Shown: positions 23,460 through 36,700 of the stretch, in pieces
How the letters are laid out: every line of letters begins with the position of its first letter
Position numbering within the stretch: the first letter of the stretch is position 1
Translations under genes and position numbers: made by a program
Source: Eremomyces bilateralis CBS 781.70
Taxonomy: Eukaryota
Length of the DNA stretch: 64,000 nt
NCBI GenBank assembly: GCA_010015585.1
Contig: ML975150.1
Direction: 5' to 3' (one strand)
The notes under the pieces: generated by a model
What the model saw: only the letters and a program-made list of their open reading frames with translations
The model's database searches: none
Told to the model about the DNA's origin: nothing

Positions 23460-25658
23460 ATGCCTACTATATCTTGCGATAAAGTCGAGCTTTATAAAGC
23501 TCTTGGGAAAGAGTGTGTATCTCCCAGGTCCAGACACTTGGTGCGGCTTGACCGAAGGCTAACCAGATGAAGCTTCACGACGGAGGAGTTCGATGAGCTA
23601 TGTTTCGAATTCGGTATGAACCTTCTAGAGTTAACCAGAGTAATCGCTAAGACTGTCTGATAGGAATTGAGCTCGATGAAGACGTGCGACACCTTTCTTT
23701 GAGACCCTCGACTTCCCCGCTTACCATTCCAGACCACCGACCAGAAGCGACCGATCGTCGATGGCGTGGAAGAGCCGCCTCAGCTGAAAATCGAGATCCC
23801 CGCGAACAGGTGTGGATAACCGATTGCCCTATAAAGAATCGATTGTAACGATGAACTAGATATGACATGGTCTGCTTCGAAGGAATCGCCAGGGCCCTCA
23901 ACGTCTTCCTCCAGCGGATGAAGCCGCCGAGTTTCCGAGTCATCGCACCCCCGGAAGGAGAGTTGCAGACCATGGTTGTCAAAGAGGATGTATGGCTCCC
24001 TATATCGTATGGAGTTCTCAGCACTGATGTTCGATAGACCACGAGAATACGACCGCTCATCTCATGCGCCATTCTCCGGGGAATAACCTTCACTAAAGAC
24101 CGCTATGCGTCTTTCATTGCTCTACAAGATAAACTGCATGCCAATTTGGCCAGGCAGAGGACACTTGTATCGGTCGGTACTCATGACCTTGACACGATCA
24201 AAGGACCGTTCACGTACGAGGCACTTCCACCAGAGGAGATCAACTTTGTTCCCCTGAATCAGACGAATAAGATGAACGGCAAGGAACTGATGGAGTACTA
24301 CGACGTATGTCAAGTCTCGACCCATGCGACGAGTTACTAACCCCTCCCAGAAAGATAAGCACCTGGGAAAGTTCCTCCACATCATCCGGGATTCCCCCGT
24401 CTACCCTGTCATCTACGACGCCAACCGCACCGTGCTCTCCCTCCCCCCCATCATCAACGGCGACCACTCCAAGATCACCCTCAACACCCGCAACATCCTT
24501 ATCGAGATCACTGCCACCGACCAAACCAAAGTCGAGATCGTCAACCACATCCTCTGCGCCATGTTCAGCGAATACTGCGACACCCCCTTCACCGTCGAGC
24601 CCGTCCAGATCATCTCCCCCCACAACCACGCCTCCCGCCAATCCCCGGACCTCACCCCCCGCGAAATCCAAGCCTCTGTCGCCTACATCAACTCCTGCTG
24701 CGGCCTCGACCTTCCCGCGACCGAGATCTGCCACCTCCTCACCCGCATGGGCCACCACGCCGTCCCCTCCCCCACCGACCCGGACCTCGTCGACATCGCC
24801 GTCCCCATCACCCGAGCCGACGTCCTCCACCAAGCCGACATCATGGAAGACGTCGCCGTCGCCTACGGCTTCAACCGCCTCCCCCGCTACTACCCCAACT
24901 CCTCCGCCGCCGTCGGCGCCGCCCTCCCGATGAACAAGCTCGGCGACGTCGTGCGTATCGAGTCCGCCACCGCCGGCTGGACGGAGGTTATGCCGCTGAT
25001 CCTGTGCAGCCACGACGAGAACTTCGCGTGGCTGAACCGCGTCGACGATGGGACCACCGCGGTGCGCCTGGCGAACCCGAAGAGCGCGGAGTATCAGATC
25101 GTGCGCACGAGCCTGCTGCCGGGCGTGCTGAAGACGATCCGCGAGAATAAGCATCGCGCGGTGCCGTTGAAGGTGTTCGAGGTGAGCGACGTGTGTTTTA
25201 AGGACGAGACGCGTGAGCGGAAGACGCGGAATGAGCGGCATTTCTGCGCGGCGTGGTATGGGAAGAGCAGTGGGTTCGAGGTGGTGCATGGGTTGTTGGA
25301 TCGGGTGCTGGCGATGTTGAATGTTCGGTTCCTGATGGAGGCAAAGGAGCTGGATGATGCGACAGTCGATGGGTATTGGATCGAGGAGTTCGATCGTAAG
25401 CTTCCCTTCCTATTTTGCTGGGGGATTTCGCTGACATTTTTTAGATCCCACCTTCTTCGTCGGTCATGCTGCGTCGGTGGTCGTGAGACAGGACGGTCAG
25501 AAACAGGTCGTCGGCCACTTCGGCATCTTGCATCCGACGGTTCTCAAAAACTTCGAGCTTCCGTAAGTGCTGCAGGCTCTTTACTTCGAATGTCACTAAC
25601 CCAGAACGACAGGTACCCGGTCAGTGCGCTTGAGATCAACCTGGAGGTGTTCTTATAG
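23460..25658 (+). CDS. FRS1: Cytoplasmic phenylalanyl-tRNA synthetase beta subunit (many introns)
   Basis: [80 protein letters not shown]. Confidence 0.96.
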
Positions 25659-25864
25659 ATGTGTGTTATGTATCGCGGACTGTACTAAGCCGCCACTGAT
25701 GCGCTACCCGGACTTGTATCCCAAGGCATTGCCAAAGCTGGCTATGCGTAGGACAGGAGTAGATCAAAAGGACGATGTAAACGACCAAAAAGCTTTTAGA
25801 GCTACATATTAAATGCTACAAACAATGGATCCTATCGATCCCATCCTCGTTTATTTATACACAA

Positions 25865-27286
25865 TCACTCCACCCTCGTCGCCAACGTCCCCGTCGGCCT
25901 CTCCACCAACTCCATGCACCCCTCCACCACTGCCTTCCTCACCCCCTCACTACTCACCTTCTTCCCCCCAAGATACCCCAACCACAACAACCTTGCCACC
26001 CGCTCATCCTCCACCGTCCCCAATCCCTCCCACTCCCCACCCACTCCCCTCCCCTCCACTTTCTCCCGCTTCTGAAACAGCATCTCCAATTCCCCCTGCT
26101 CCTTTCGTCGTAATACTATCACCGACCCCTTCGGCGCCGACCCTCGCCCTGCCAACGCCGCCTGAAACCCCCGCATCGACTCCGCGAAGCTCTCGTCCGC
26201 GAACGACGCATCCCCGGCCTTCTGCGCGGCGGCCGTGCGCGCCTTGATCCCCGTGACCCAGCCGTCGCGGAGGTGGTTGAAGTCGGTGCTGCGGGTGGGC
26301 ACGACGCGGAGGGCGGTGTCGACTTTGGTGGCAGCAGGGTCAGCCAGGACGGCGTCCCAGAGCTGATAGGAGGCGTCGGGATCGAGGAGTGCGGTGCGGA
26401 GGTCGGCCTTTTCGGAGGGGATGAGGGCAGTGGCGGTGGGGTTGACGCGATGGACGAGGGTAGATTGGAGGGCGGGGAGGGAGGCGGTGCGGACGTAGAG
26501 GCCGACTACGTAGACTTGGATGCTGAGGAAGGAGACGCTGCGGATGCCGAGGCCGAGGAGGGTGTATTCGGAGGTGTCGGCGTTGTTGGTGGGGTGGGGG
26601 AGGTGGATGGTTTTGGGGAAGTGGGGGATGGAGGAGGTACCCGTGGGGACGAGTTCGATGTCCATGCCGGATTCGTCCTTCACGATGAGCTTTTCGCCGC
26701 CGGGCGCCACCACAACGGGTTTTCCGAGAAACGTCGACGCATCTTTCGACGGAGGCGCGTCGCAGCGTTCCGTACCGGACCACCCGGACGAGGACACCGA
26801 CGACTCCCGCGGCTGCACTCGAACGGTGACTTCCCGCGCTCTCTTCTGCTGGTCCTTCTCCTTACTGAGGTTATCCGGATGGCCGATCTGCAGCATCAGC
26901 ACGGCGGGCCCCGCCAGCAGCATCACGACGGCCAACGCGGCGTAGTTCGCGCGCCGGCTGTGGTATTTCCGGCGGGCCTTCTCGTATTTCGCCACGGCGG
27001 CTTTGTCGAGGGGGTTTTTCGGCGGGAGGGGGCGGCCTCGATCGTCGCGGAGGACGCCATCGGATGAATCGTCTGTGGGAAGGGCTTGGGCCGAGAGGAC
27101 GGATTGGCCGGTGAGTTTGCGGAGCTCAGCTTCGTTGCGGGACTCGATGGGGACTTTGAACTGGGAGGAAAGGCGGGTGGTGGTGTGGATAGTGCCCGTC
27201 AGGGCGAGGGGACGGTGTCTTTGGAGTCCGATGCATCGTGAATGGCGGCGGCGCATCAACGAGCCGAACACTCGATTGACGTTCAT
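25865..27286 (-). CDS. Mitochondrial chalcone-isomerase-like protein (Aim18/Aim46 family)
   Basis: 473-aa ORF: Arg-rich presequence, one TM, VPTGTSSIPHFPKTI, LLGLGIRSVSFLSIQVYVVGLY, VPTRSTDFNHLRDGW, LLWLGYLGGKKVSSE. Confidence 0.85.
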   Translation of the reverse strand: MNVNRVFGSLMRRRHSRCIGLQRHRPLALTGTIHTTTRLSSQFKVPIESRNEAELRKLTGQSVLSAQALPTDDSSDGVLRDDRGRPLPPKNPLDKAAVAKYEKARRKYHSRRANYAALAVVMLLAGPAVLMLQIGHPDNLSKEKDQQKRAREVTVRVQPRESSVSSSGWSGTERCDAPPSKDASTFLGKPVVVAPGGEKLIVKDESGMDIELVPTGTSSIPHFPKTIHLPHPTNNADTSEYTLLGLGIRSVSFLSIQVYVVGLYVRTASLPALQSTLVHRVNPTATALIPSEKADLRTALLDPDASYQLWDAVLADPAATKVDTALRVVPTRSTDFNHLRDGWVTGIKARTAAAQKAGDASFADESFAESMRGFQAALAGRGSAPKGSVIVLRRKEQGELEMLFQKREKVEGRGVGGEWEGLGTVEDERVARLLWLGYLGGKKVSSEGVRKAVVEGCMELVERPTGTLATRVE

Positions 27287-27660
27287 GATGGGTCGAGTTG
27301 AATGTGGTGATGGATGGGATTCCGGAGTGTCGGAGCCTGTGATGAAGAAGCTGTTTACTCAACAATTGTAGATTCCTTGCTCTTTTAATTGTGCATCAAT
27401 CTTAGAGATCAAGCACCATATGCCAAGATTCTCGTATCGATAGTATATGAGTTCTTACTGATGACATGGTGTTGAATTCCTGTATTAGAGCAGATGAAGC
27501 TTGAACTACCAACCACGTGCTTTCTCCTCCGTCACTAATCCTTGTCATCGGTTCATCTTCCGTCACCAAAGAAATCGCGTCTCCAGCAATTGCACGCGTT
27601 CAGCCTGTACACCCTACAATCCATCACCCATATCAAGTCCTCCCCACCACCTAATTCACC

Positions 27661-28797
27661 ATGCCTCTAGTCCGCAAACGCCGAGCCGTAAGATCTCCCC
27701 CCCCCATCATCCAGTAACACCCTAACCCCCCACCAGACCCGCGACGACATCGACGACGACGACGTCCAGACGCCCCGACGCCGCCAACTCCCGGACGATT
27801 CCTCCGACGAAGATGTCACTATGGTCGCGGACGACGATGCATCGCAGCCGGGCGGTGCCGCCGACGTGACACAGATGGCGAGGAAGCTGGTGCGGTTGGC
27901 GTTGGCGTGCGAGTATTCGCGGCAGCCGATCCGGCGGGCGGAGATCAGTGCGAAGGGTATGTATGCTTGGGGTGTCGAGGGTGGAGGCGATGAGGAACAC
28001 GCGATGCTGATGGTGGATAGTGCTGGGGAACCACCCGAGACAGTTCAAGACGGTGTTTGAGGAGGCGCAGGGGACGTTACGGGATGTGTTTGGTATGGAG
28101 ATGAGCGAGTTGCCGGTGCGAGAGAAAATCACGTTGCAGGAGAAGCGAGGTACGTTCTTCCTTTCCATTTCTATCACCGCTCCCATCCTCGATTCAGAGA
28201 AGCAGAAAACTGACCCATCCAGCCGCCCAACGCGCTCCCAAAGGTTCCCTCTCCAGCAAATCCTGGGTCCTCACCACCGTCCTCCCCCCCCGCTTCCGCG
28301 ACCCCGCCATCATCCCCCCACCCGCCGTCCCCACGCATGACGCCGAAAGCGCCTACATTGGCCTCTACACCTTCCTCATCAGCGTGATCTACCTGAACGG
28401 CGGGTCGCTCGCGGAGGCGAAGCTGGAGCGGTACCTGCGGCGGGCGAACGCGGACGAGTACACGCCGGTGGATAGGACGGATAAGCTGCTGCAGCGGATG
28501 CAGCGGGAGGGGTATTTGGTAAGGGTGAAGGATAATTCGACGGGGGAAGAGATGGTGGAGTATATGGTGGGGCCGAGGGGGAAGGTGGAGGTGGGAGAGA
28601 AGGGGGTGCAGGGGGTGGTAAAGAAGGTATATGGGGAGGGAGCGTCGGAGGATCTGGACAGGCGGTTGGAGCGGAGTTTGGGGGTGGTGGATAGGATGGG
28701 CGGGGGGGTGGAGGAGGTTCGGGAGGATGGTGGAAATGAGCAGAGGAGAGGGCCAGGCAGGCCAAGGAGGAGAAACGAGGATGATGTGGAGGAGTGA
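27661..28797 (+). CDS. NSE3: MAGE-domain Smc5/6 subunit Nse3 (4 exons)
   Basis: MPLVRKRRA, KLVRLALACEYSRQPIRRAEI, FGMEMSELP, SKSWVLTT, L.RMQREGYL, YMVGPRGKVEVG. Confidence 0.88.
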
Positions 28798-29751
28798 GCG
28801 AGTGCAGCGGGATTCCTACCCACAAACCTATGACATTACGGTCGACATCATTACCGGGCTCTTACTGGGCTCCATGGGGGCTGCAGTCTCAGTCCATCCG
28901 ATGTTCAAGAAGGGAAGCTGGCACTGCACCACCAGCAAGGCCTCACGCTGCATCTGCATGAGCATACCAGGATTACAAGCGCACGAGCACCACCTCACTG
29001 CAGCGATGAGCTGTCCAGGACGGAAACGAAGCAGCCCGACCGACTTATCCATTCGGCAGACAGGGAGGGGACTGGATCGTTGAGGCCTGGAGAGGCATTT
29101 CGACGCATGATGACCAATCCACTCACGACACTGTACTTGCATCGCTAGCTACATTGATTGGGACGAGCAAATATCCCATGGCGAGACGGAGCTCACGGAG
29201 GGTTGGCGAGGGCGTTTTCGTGGTGCGACATGGGAGGAGTACAGAGACGAAGGTACCATGAATGAAATGAATCCAATTAGCAATCATCAATGGGGGTCAT
29301 GTCACGATACGGCTTTGATGGTGAATTACACGCTGTTCTACTATTCTACTATTCTACAAGGAGGGCTAGTTATTAATGTTACTGGGGACTGCAGGATACC
29401 GTCTCAGACCTGTATACTACTAGCATCGGATTCCAGGCATTAGTATAGCCATTAGGGTGGCCATTTGCCCTTCCGGGCATGACGGCATCGGGCATCGATG
29501 GCATCAGTTTGGACTCGGGAATGAGATCAGAGTCCAATTGAATTATTAACTCTCTCACGCCGTCTCCCCCTCCATGCCACTTTTCACCTGTGTCACTCAA
29601 TCACCTCACTAAATAGTGACCGAAACTGAACAGTGAACAGTGATCACCAGTCCCCTCCAATTCCATTCGGTTCGTTACCGCCGTCACTTTCATTGACCGC
29701 AATTCCGTACAATCTACGTACGGAGCAGCCGAACTACGGTAGTCTCGCCAC

Positions 29752-29799
29752 CCGCCGTCCGCCTCCGCCGTCCGCCTCCGCCGTCCGCCTCCGCCGTCC
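29752..29799. repeat. 13-bp tandem repeat (CCGCCGTCCGCCT) x 3.7
   Basis: Read directly, about 210 bp upstream of the SPP1 ATG. Confidence 0.93.
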
Positions 29800-30010
29800 A
29801 CACTCCACACTCCCCAGTCCGTAGAGTGACAGCATCATCGCATCGCCGACTGCAACCACCCGAATAAGAGGAATCCGATGATCTTCAATCGCTCCTGTCT
29901 ATCCCCAACTTCCTTCCTCCCCTTCTTCCGACCTTCGCGACTCGTGCGCCGGATACTCCATTAGCTCCGAATACCATGACCGTCCCTTAGTAACTCGTCA
30001 CTGTTTCATC

Positions 30011-32524
30011 ATGTCCTTCAATATCGCCGGTCTGCTCAATCCCGCCCCTCCCGGGCGTAACGTTTCTACCGCCCATCGCCATTTCTCCTCCTCTTCGTCC
30101 GCCCTCCACGAAGCTCCAGGCTTGTCGCGCACCGATTCGAAGGAACCGCAACGTTCCGCAATTAGCAACGAAGCCGCCGCCGACGCTCTGACCGCGCTAT
30201 TGATGCCGCGACCCACTTCGTCTTCTGGCCATCCACTCCACGATCCACTTCAACCACCACTTCCACAGCAACAGCCGCATCACAACTCTACTTCCATCGC
30301 CACGCACGACACTTTCAATCCGCCCTACTCTCCCCACTGTCCGGAAGTCCATCCGCCTCCATCCAGCGTCATTTCTCCAATTGCGACACCCCTGGAGCCG
30401 AACCCTGCGCTGGACAATTTGCCGTTACAACGCTCCCCGACCTTGGATCAGTACCACCATGGTTCGCGCAGTCCCGAGGAACAGAATCGCAGAGTCTCGA
30501 CATTGAGGATTTCCCAGAGTCCGAAGTTGGCGCCCATCCAGAATTTGTCGAATGCGTTGAATGGGCAATTGCATCGCAGTGAACCAGATCCTGCCCAAGC
30601 TCCAACCCACGACACGGACACCAACAGGAGCCCGAATTTGAGAGATCGCGATCGCGCAGAAATTCATCCATCGACTAAGCTTTCTGAATCTGAAGCAGGC
30701 GAAATGGCGGACACGGCGGATCATCAGAATTCCGCGCCACAAACCGGACCGTCCATTGACGTCGAGCAATCATCAAAACCCGAGCCGGACACGATGGAGA
30801 ATCCGTCGGATCATCAACATCTCTCGGCAAATACTCCGAACATCAAAACCGAACCATCTGTCACTCCCCGTGAGACCTCCCCACATCAAACCACGGAAGA
30901 GGGGCCCAGGTCCTCCGCGTCGATGGCTCAGGTCGATGGAGTCATGGACGACATGGACGAAGAAACCTACAAAACGATCCAAGCGATCAAAAACAACGAT
31001 CTCGGTCTCCGCCGAACAGCCGGTCAGCGCGAAACCTCCGCCCAGTCCCCTCCGAAAGAGACGCCGGAACCTGCGACGAAGAAGCGGCCCACGACGACAG
31101 CCAAATCCATCGCCGCCACGAAGAAGGGAACCGCGAAGAAACCCCCGCCGAAGAAGCGCAAATTGTCCTTTGACGGAGAGGATGAGGATACCCGACGAGC
31201 ATCCGCGACGAAGGTTGCCAAAACCACACCCAACCCCCCCAAAGCGAAACCCCCCACCAAACCAAAGAACGACCCCGGCTCTGACGGCGACGAGGACGGC
31301 GAAGTCTACTGCATCTGCCGCCGCGGCGATGACCATAGTTTCATGCTCGCCTGCGACAACTGCGATGAGTGGTTCCACGCCCAGTGCGTGCGCCTGACCA
31401 AGTCCGACTGCGACCAGATCGACGCCTACATCTGCCCCAACTGCGAGAAAGACCACGGCCTGCAGTCCACCTGGAAGCCCCTCTGTCGCAACCCCGTTTG
31501 CCAGCGCGTCGCTCGCGTCGGCGACGACTACGACGCTCGCGAGAGCAAATACTGCAGCGACGACTGCGCCGTGCAGTTCTTCCGCGACAAGGCCTCCCTT
31601 GACTCCGATAAGGCGAACCACGCCAAACGCCGCAAGGCGAACCGAACCGACCACGACGCGAACTCCGATCCGCACGACACCTCTACCGAACGCCGCCGCG
31701 GCGACGCGCTCCGCTTACAAGACCTCCGCTCAATTGTCGACCACGTCGGTACCTCCTCTGACAAGTTCCACGCGCTCGGCGACCGCGACCTCGCGATGCT
31801 GACGCCGCCGGACAGCGGTGGCGTGTCGCTCCCGGACGACGAGCTGCCGCTGCTCCCCGAGGAGCGGGCGGCGCTGCGACGGATCGAGGAGGCGAAGGAG
31901 ACGACGCGGGCACGGCGGGCGTATCTGAACGATCGGAGCGAGTTGATTCAGCTGGCGCGGGAGAACGCGGGGCGGTGGGCGGAGCGGGAGGGGCTGAAGG
32001 TAAAGGATGTGTGTGGGTTTGATGGGCGGTTGGTGTGGGATGAGGGGCGGTTGAGGCGGTGGTGGGAGGGGGGCGGGCGGCCGGGGTTACCCGGGGAGGG
32101 AGCATCGGAGGCGGTGGGGGCTGATGGTGTGGATGATGCGAAGAAGCCGACGGATGCGGATGCGGAGAAGGGCAAGGGCGGTGAGCTTGCCGCCGACACC
32201 GCCACGAACGACGCCTCCGATCCCGATGCCAAAATGACCGGCACCTCCTCCCCTCCCCCCTCCGACCTCCCCACTGACGCGACCTCCCCCACCTCCCCCG
32301 CCGACGACGACCACGCCGCCTACATCTGCACGAAAAAACGTTGCGCGCGCCACGCGCAGTGGCCGAAGCTGCAGGTGCAGGATGTGCGGATGGAGCTCAG
32401 TGGAGCGGCAGATCAGATGCGAGAACTGGAGGCGGAGGAGCGGGAGGTGAGAGAGCGTGCGGTGGTGAGGGCGCGGGTGAGGGGGCATGAGGGGGCGCGT
32501 GCGACTGTTGGGGGTGATGCTTGA
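30011..32524 (+). CDS. SPP1: PHD-finger COMPASS/Set1C subunit Spp1-like
   Basis: PHD finger YCICRRGDDHSFMLACDNCDEWFHAQC...YICPNC, followed by CRNPVC...SKYCSDDC, VCGFDGRL and CTKKRCARH..W; long disordered N-terminus. Confidence 0.85.
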   Translation: MSFNIAGLLNPAPPGRNVSTAHRHFSSSSSALHEAPGLSRTDSKEPQRSAISNEAAADALTALLMPRPTSSSGHPLHDPLQPPLPQQQPHHNSTSIATHDTFNPPYSPHCPEVHPPPSSVISPIATPLEPNPALDNLPLQRSPTLDQYHHGSRSPEEQNRRVSTLRISQSPKLAPIQNLSNALNGQLHRSEPDPAQAPTHDTDTNRSPNLRDRDRAEIHPSTKLSESEAGEMADTADHQNSAPQTGPSIDVEQSSKPEPDTMENPSDHQHLSANTPNIKTEPSVTPRETSPHQTTEEGPRSSASMAQVDGVMDDMDEETYKTIQAIKNNDLGLRRTAGQRETSAQSPPKETPEPATKKRPTTTAKSIAATKKGTAKKPPPKKRKLSFDGEDEDTRRASATKVAKTTPNPPKAKPPTKPKNDPGSDGDEDGEVYCICRRGDDHSFMLACDNCDEWFHAQCVRLTKSDCDQIDAYICPNCEKDHGLQSTWKPLCRNPVCQRVARVGDDYDARESKYCSDDCAVQFFRDKASLDSDKANHAKRRKANRTDHDANSDPHDTSTERRRGDALRLQDLRSIVDHVGTSSDKFHALGDRDLAMLTPPDSGGVSLPDDELPLLPEERAALRRIEEAKETTRARRAYLNDRSELIQLARENAGRWAEREGLKVKDVCGFDGRLVWDEGRLRRWWEGGGRPGLPGEGASEAVGADGVDDAKKPTDADAEKGKGGELAADTATNDASDPDAKMTGTSSPPPSDLPTDATSPTSPADDDHAAYICTKKRCARHAQWPKLQVQDVRMELSGAADQMRELEAEEREVRERAVVRARVRGHEGARATVGGDA

Positions 32525-33760
32525 GGGATGTGGTTGGCTTTTTCTTTGCGGGGTTAGGATGATTGTTACGATACCCCCGCTCGACACGAACTTGACTGAT
32601 GGCAAGTCTTTGGCTTGGTTGGAGTCTTTCTCGCTGTTCGTGGGTTCATCTCCCTCTGACGGTGAACCTGTCTGGTTCATTTCTTCGATATTCGCATTTG
32701 TCGATACGCAAGAGGATGGACGGGTTGGACTGCATTGGTCTGGACTGGGCCTTTGATGGATGATCGACTGTTTTCCTGATCGATGCTGTGTTCAATGGAG
32801 GCGACTTGGGCACGACACGTTGCCGACCGTTCGGACCTGTTTGTTATGGACGGACTCGATCCATTGCGATCTTGTCTTCTTACCCAGTTCCTCGACCCCC
32901 CTCGGCACGAATGGACGAATGTACGACCTAGATCGTCAAGAACCGTCTTCCCGACTTGGCGGCTGTCGAGGAACTTCGATGTGGTTATGTTCACGTACCG
33001 CATATATCATTACCGGGCGGTTTTGTATGTCTATCACGGAAGACCGAGTAGCGATCCTGGATGGTCCGCTCCTTCGATTCGTTGGGACACGGTAGCTTTG
33101 CCCATCCCTGGATTTTGGGGGAGGTGGCGGGACTGTATTCTCGGTGTAGTATACATATATGAACGCTCAATGGAAATTCCTGAATTCTCATCCCCTTGGG
33201 GCCTTTCGTGGTGATGGTGACTGAATTTCCCCTCTCGTCCATGCGATTATGTAAGTGGATGAGCCTAACGACCAGCAGTTCGTCCGCCTGATCGTTGCTC
33301 CAACTTCCCGTCGTCTTCTTCTTCCCTTGCGGTTATTGTCAAGTTGCATTCTCCTGCCCCGTGAGCTCTTGCTAATCCCTCTCGAATCTAATATTTCCTC
33401 TCCAGTCTGTCATCGACTTGCTCTGACCGGCTTTCTCCGTCTTGATTACTTGACTAGCAGTCTTCTGAATCGGGATTCAACAAGTCCTTTAGCAGCGAGT
33501 CTCCTGATATATTCATACAACTTTTACATGCAATTGATTTCCCAATCTTTCTTCCACGCGCTGAGCTAGTGAGTTATCAGCAACTCCGGCTGCAAGGCGT
33601 GCGGGTATTTAAACAAAGATAAACAGGATTGGACTGTTCTGCAAGATGCCAAATTTAATCCTTCACCATTGTCTGCACACTACTCTCATCATTTCTCCCA
33701 TTAAAGTTCGTTTGCCTTAGTTTGCCTCAGTTTGTCGTAGAAAGCCCGGACGTACGTCTA

Positions 33761-36700
33761 CTAGAATCCAAACATGTTCTTCCCCTCAATGTAACCCCAG
33801 TCTATTTACGGTCAGTATCCGATGCGATGAGCAAGCCGATGTGGTTGGATTTGTCACCTTTCAAGGCCGGCAGTACCGCCTTTTGAATCATGGCTGGCGG
33901 TCCGCACATAAAGACAACGGACCCTTCTTCCGGTTTAAAGAGATTCCCCTTAAGGATTTCGGGATTGACAAATCCCTTCAACCCCTCCCACTTTTCGCTC
34001 GGATGACTCAAGACATGCGTGACTTTCAACCTCCCTTCACTCCCCTCTTCCAGTCGGTCTAGATCTCCTTTGAGCAGAATATCGCTTTCGCTCTTGTTTG
34101 CATCCACCACTCGAATTGGCGTGCTATCACCATCCGAAAGCAGTATCCTCGCAACCAGAGCATAGCCGGGTGTTATTCCGCTCCCGCCGAGAACGAGAGA
34201 GACGTGCTTGAATCGCATGTGCTTACCTTCAACGTCGAACAAGCCTTGTCCATTGTACACAATCTCTCCTGTTGGCCCTCGGAGTTCAATTTCTTCACCC
34301 AAAGGCATGCAATCTAGCAGGTTGGACATTGCTCCACCCGGCTGATTCTGGTCTGGAAAATAAGTCTTTACCGTCAGCTCAAATGTGCCGGAACCGTCAG
34401 TTAGCTCTGTTTTATCCGTGCCGCCTCCAACTTGGCGGTTTCCCTGATTTTCTCCGGAGCCCGGAGCGGGCAGGATAGGTTTCGTTGGCGTGTAGGATCG
34501 AATGAGCATCTTGTCCTTCATGTGGAAACCAACCTGTACGTGTTGACACGTCCCCAATCCCAGCATGGGCTTGTCTTCGAGTAAAGAGAAAGTATACGAC
34601 CTCGTATCCCCCGAAAGCCGTTCTCGACGGAGCAACTTCACCGGTACCCAACGATGCTTCTTCAAAGCAACACGCTCGTCTTGCTTGCCCGACTTCTCCA
34701 ACTCGCGTGCAGTATCTTCTGCCCGCTTCTGGATAAAATCCCTGACTTTGTCGGTGACCGTGCCGAGAATACACTCTACCCATGTTGTTAGCGCCGTAGA
34801 AAACCTCGCAGTATATTAATGTCATGCCTTTCAGCTTTTGGTATGCAAAATCATCGTGAATAGCAGAAAACTCGTCCGATGTCTCTTGATGGACTTTGCC
34901 TGCATGTCCCAGTATTGCAGACTTTCCGCCTGGATGCCATGAGAGGACACTAGTCGCATCGTACACCTTCCCGTCCACGACGATCCAACAGTCATTTTCC
35001 TTATCGTGCCCTTCAATCTCGGCTCGTGTAAACTGCTTCTTTGGCGTCCCCGCTTCCCGCTTGACCTCTTCCAGCTGATTTTCGATGCTGGGCTTCATCC
35101 AACCACCGTTTCCAGTACCCGGCTCGACCGGATGTCGGATGAGTAAAGACAGCTCTCCATCCGAGTCCCCTTCAACCACCTCGTGTTTCACAACATACCA
35201 GCAGTTGTTCATCATGCCCATGATATTCCATGACGGTTCACGCGGCTGAGTGTTCTTGAAGACATTGAAGCATCGGACTGCGATGGCCGTGGTTTTGGCG
35301 AGCTCCATAACCGGCACATCGATGTGCCAATGAACCCAGGTCCAGAACTTCTTCCCGTGACGTATAGGCGCGTCTGGAAACCGCCGTACGCAGTAGAGCC
35401 AGGTTCTGCCATCATCCAGCGAAAGTTCGACCCGCTGAATTTCGTGGCCGCCGCCATCGTACGCGTAACCGGCTACACGGTAGGTCTGCCCGTTTTGCAA
35501 CCCTGTGATTTTAATCCGCTCACCATGGGCGGGCTTCGCAATGACCGAGTTCAGGTTCTGCTCGTTGCACGAGGTGTCAGGGTGACTGAACATCACCGCG
35601 GCGAGTTCATCCTCCTTTTCCTTTATAAAACTGGGAAGCACTCGGTTATCCCATAGGTGATAGTAGCTGTCGTTCTCGTGATCTGTGATCCAGATTCTGC
35701 GCAGCCATTTCACACAGCGTCCCCCGACATACCCTGGAATGATCACCCTGACAGGATATCCGTGATCTTATAGTCCATGTGAGTGAGATTGGAACACTGA
35801 AGGAAAGATATGCTCACCTGGAGGTAAGGGACGGTCGTTCATGTCATATGCCAGGATAACGTCGTTGGTGACGTCCATAGCATACTTCAAAGGTATGCAT
35901 GTCGCATATTTCCCTTCACTTAGCTCATCTGAGCCTTCGAAATTGACCCAATACCTCCGTTTCTGATGACTAGGCATGGAATCTGGAAATCCGGCTGCTA
36001 AGAGAACATCACGCAACAGTGGGCCTCTCCAGTATGCGCAGCTTACTGCTCCAGCGCCCCAGTTGAAGCCTGCAGAGCGACGTATCATGTTGAGCTCCCT
36101 CCGTCGGTTGCCGTCGCAAGCTAGAGCAACGGGGATGTTGATCGGGTCGAACTTGGTTTTCAGGTCATCCATAGATAATACGAGTTTTCCATGATGAATA
36201 TCAAGTTTGTGGTCTTCCCATAGGAGGCGAGGCACTGCTCCGTGATTCCGGACGTAGTGAAGTTCGTTGGGTGTAATGAGACCAGCGTGGAAAAGGTGCG
36301 TAAGATGGGGCTCCGCATTCAATGGATGTTTGCCTGTCAGTCGTATGAAATCTGTGGTTCGCGGAAGCCAATTGTCAGGGGTGAATTGGTCCGCCTCGTT
36401 GATGTAGACATCTGGTCGGCTATGAGCGTGGGGAGACTCCCCCCTACCATCGTTCTGACCCAGTGATCTGATATAGTCTGCCTCTTCCTTGAGCACCTTG
36501 AGCAAAGCAGCATGTTCTCGCGCTTGCTCGCTGTTATTTCCCTCATCTGCGACATGTGCTCCATCCATATCTTGATCATTACCCGCGTTGTCTCCCCCAT
36601 CCTCCTGCTTAGCCTGTCTCTGCTTGTCATCCTTGTTCCCTGATTGCGTCTCCTTCTTTTTCGCCTGAATGTTTGCGGGCCAAGCCTGCCCATACTTCAC

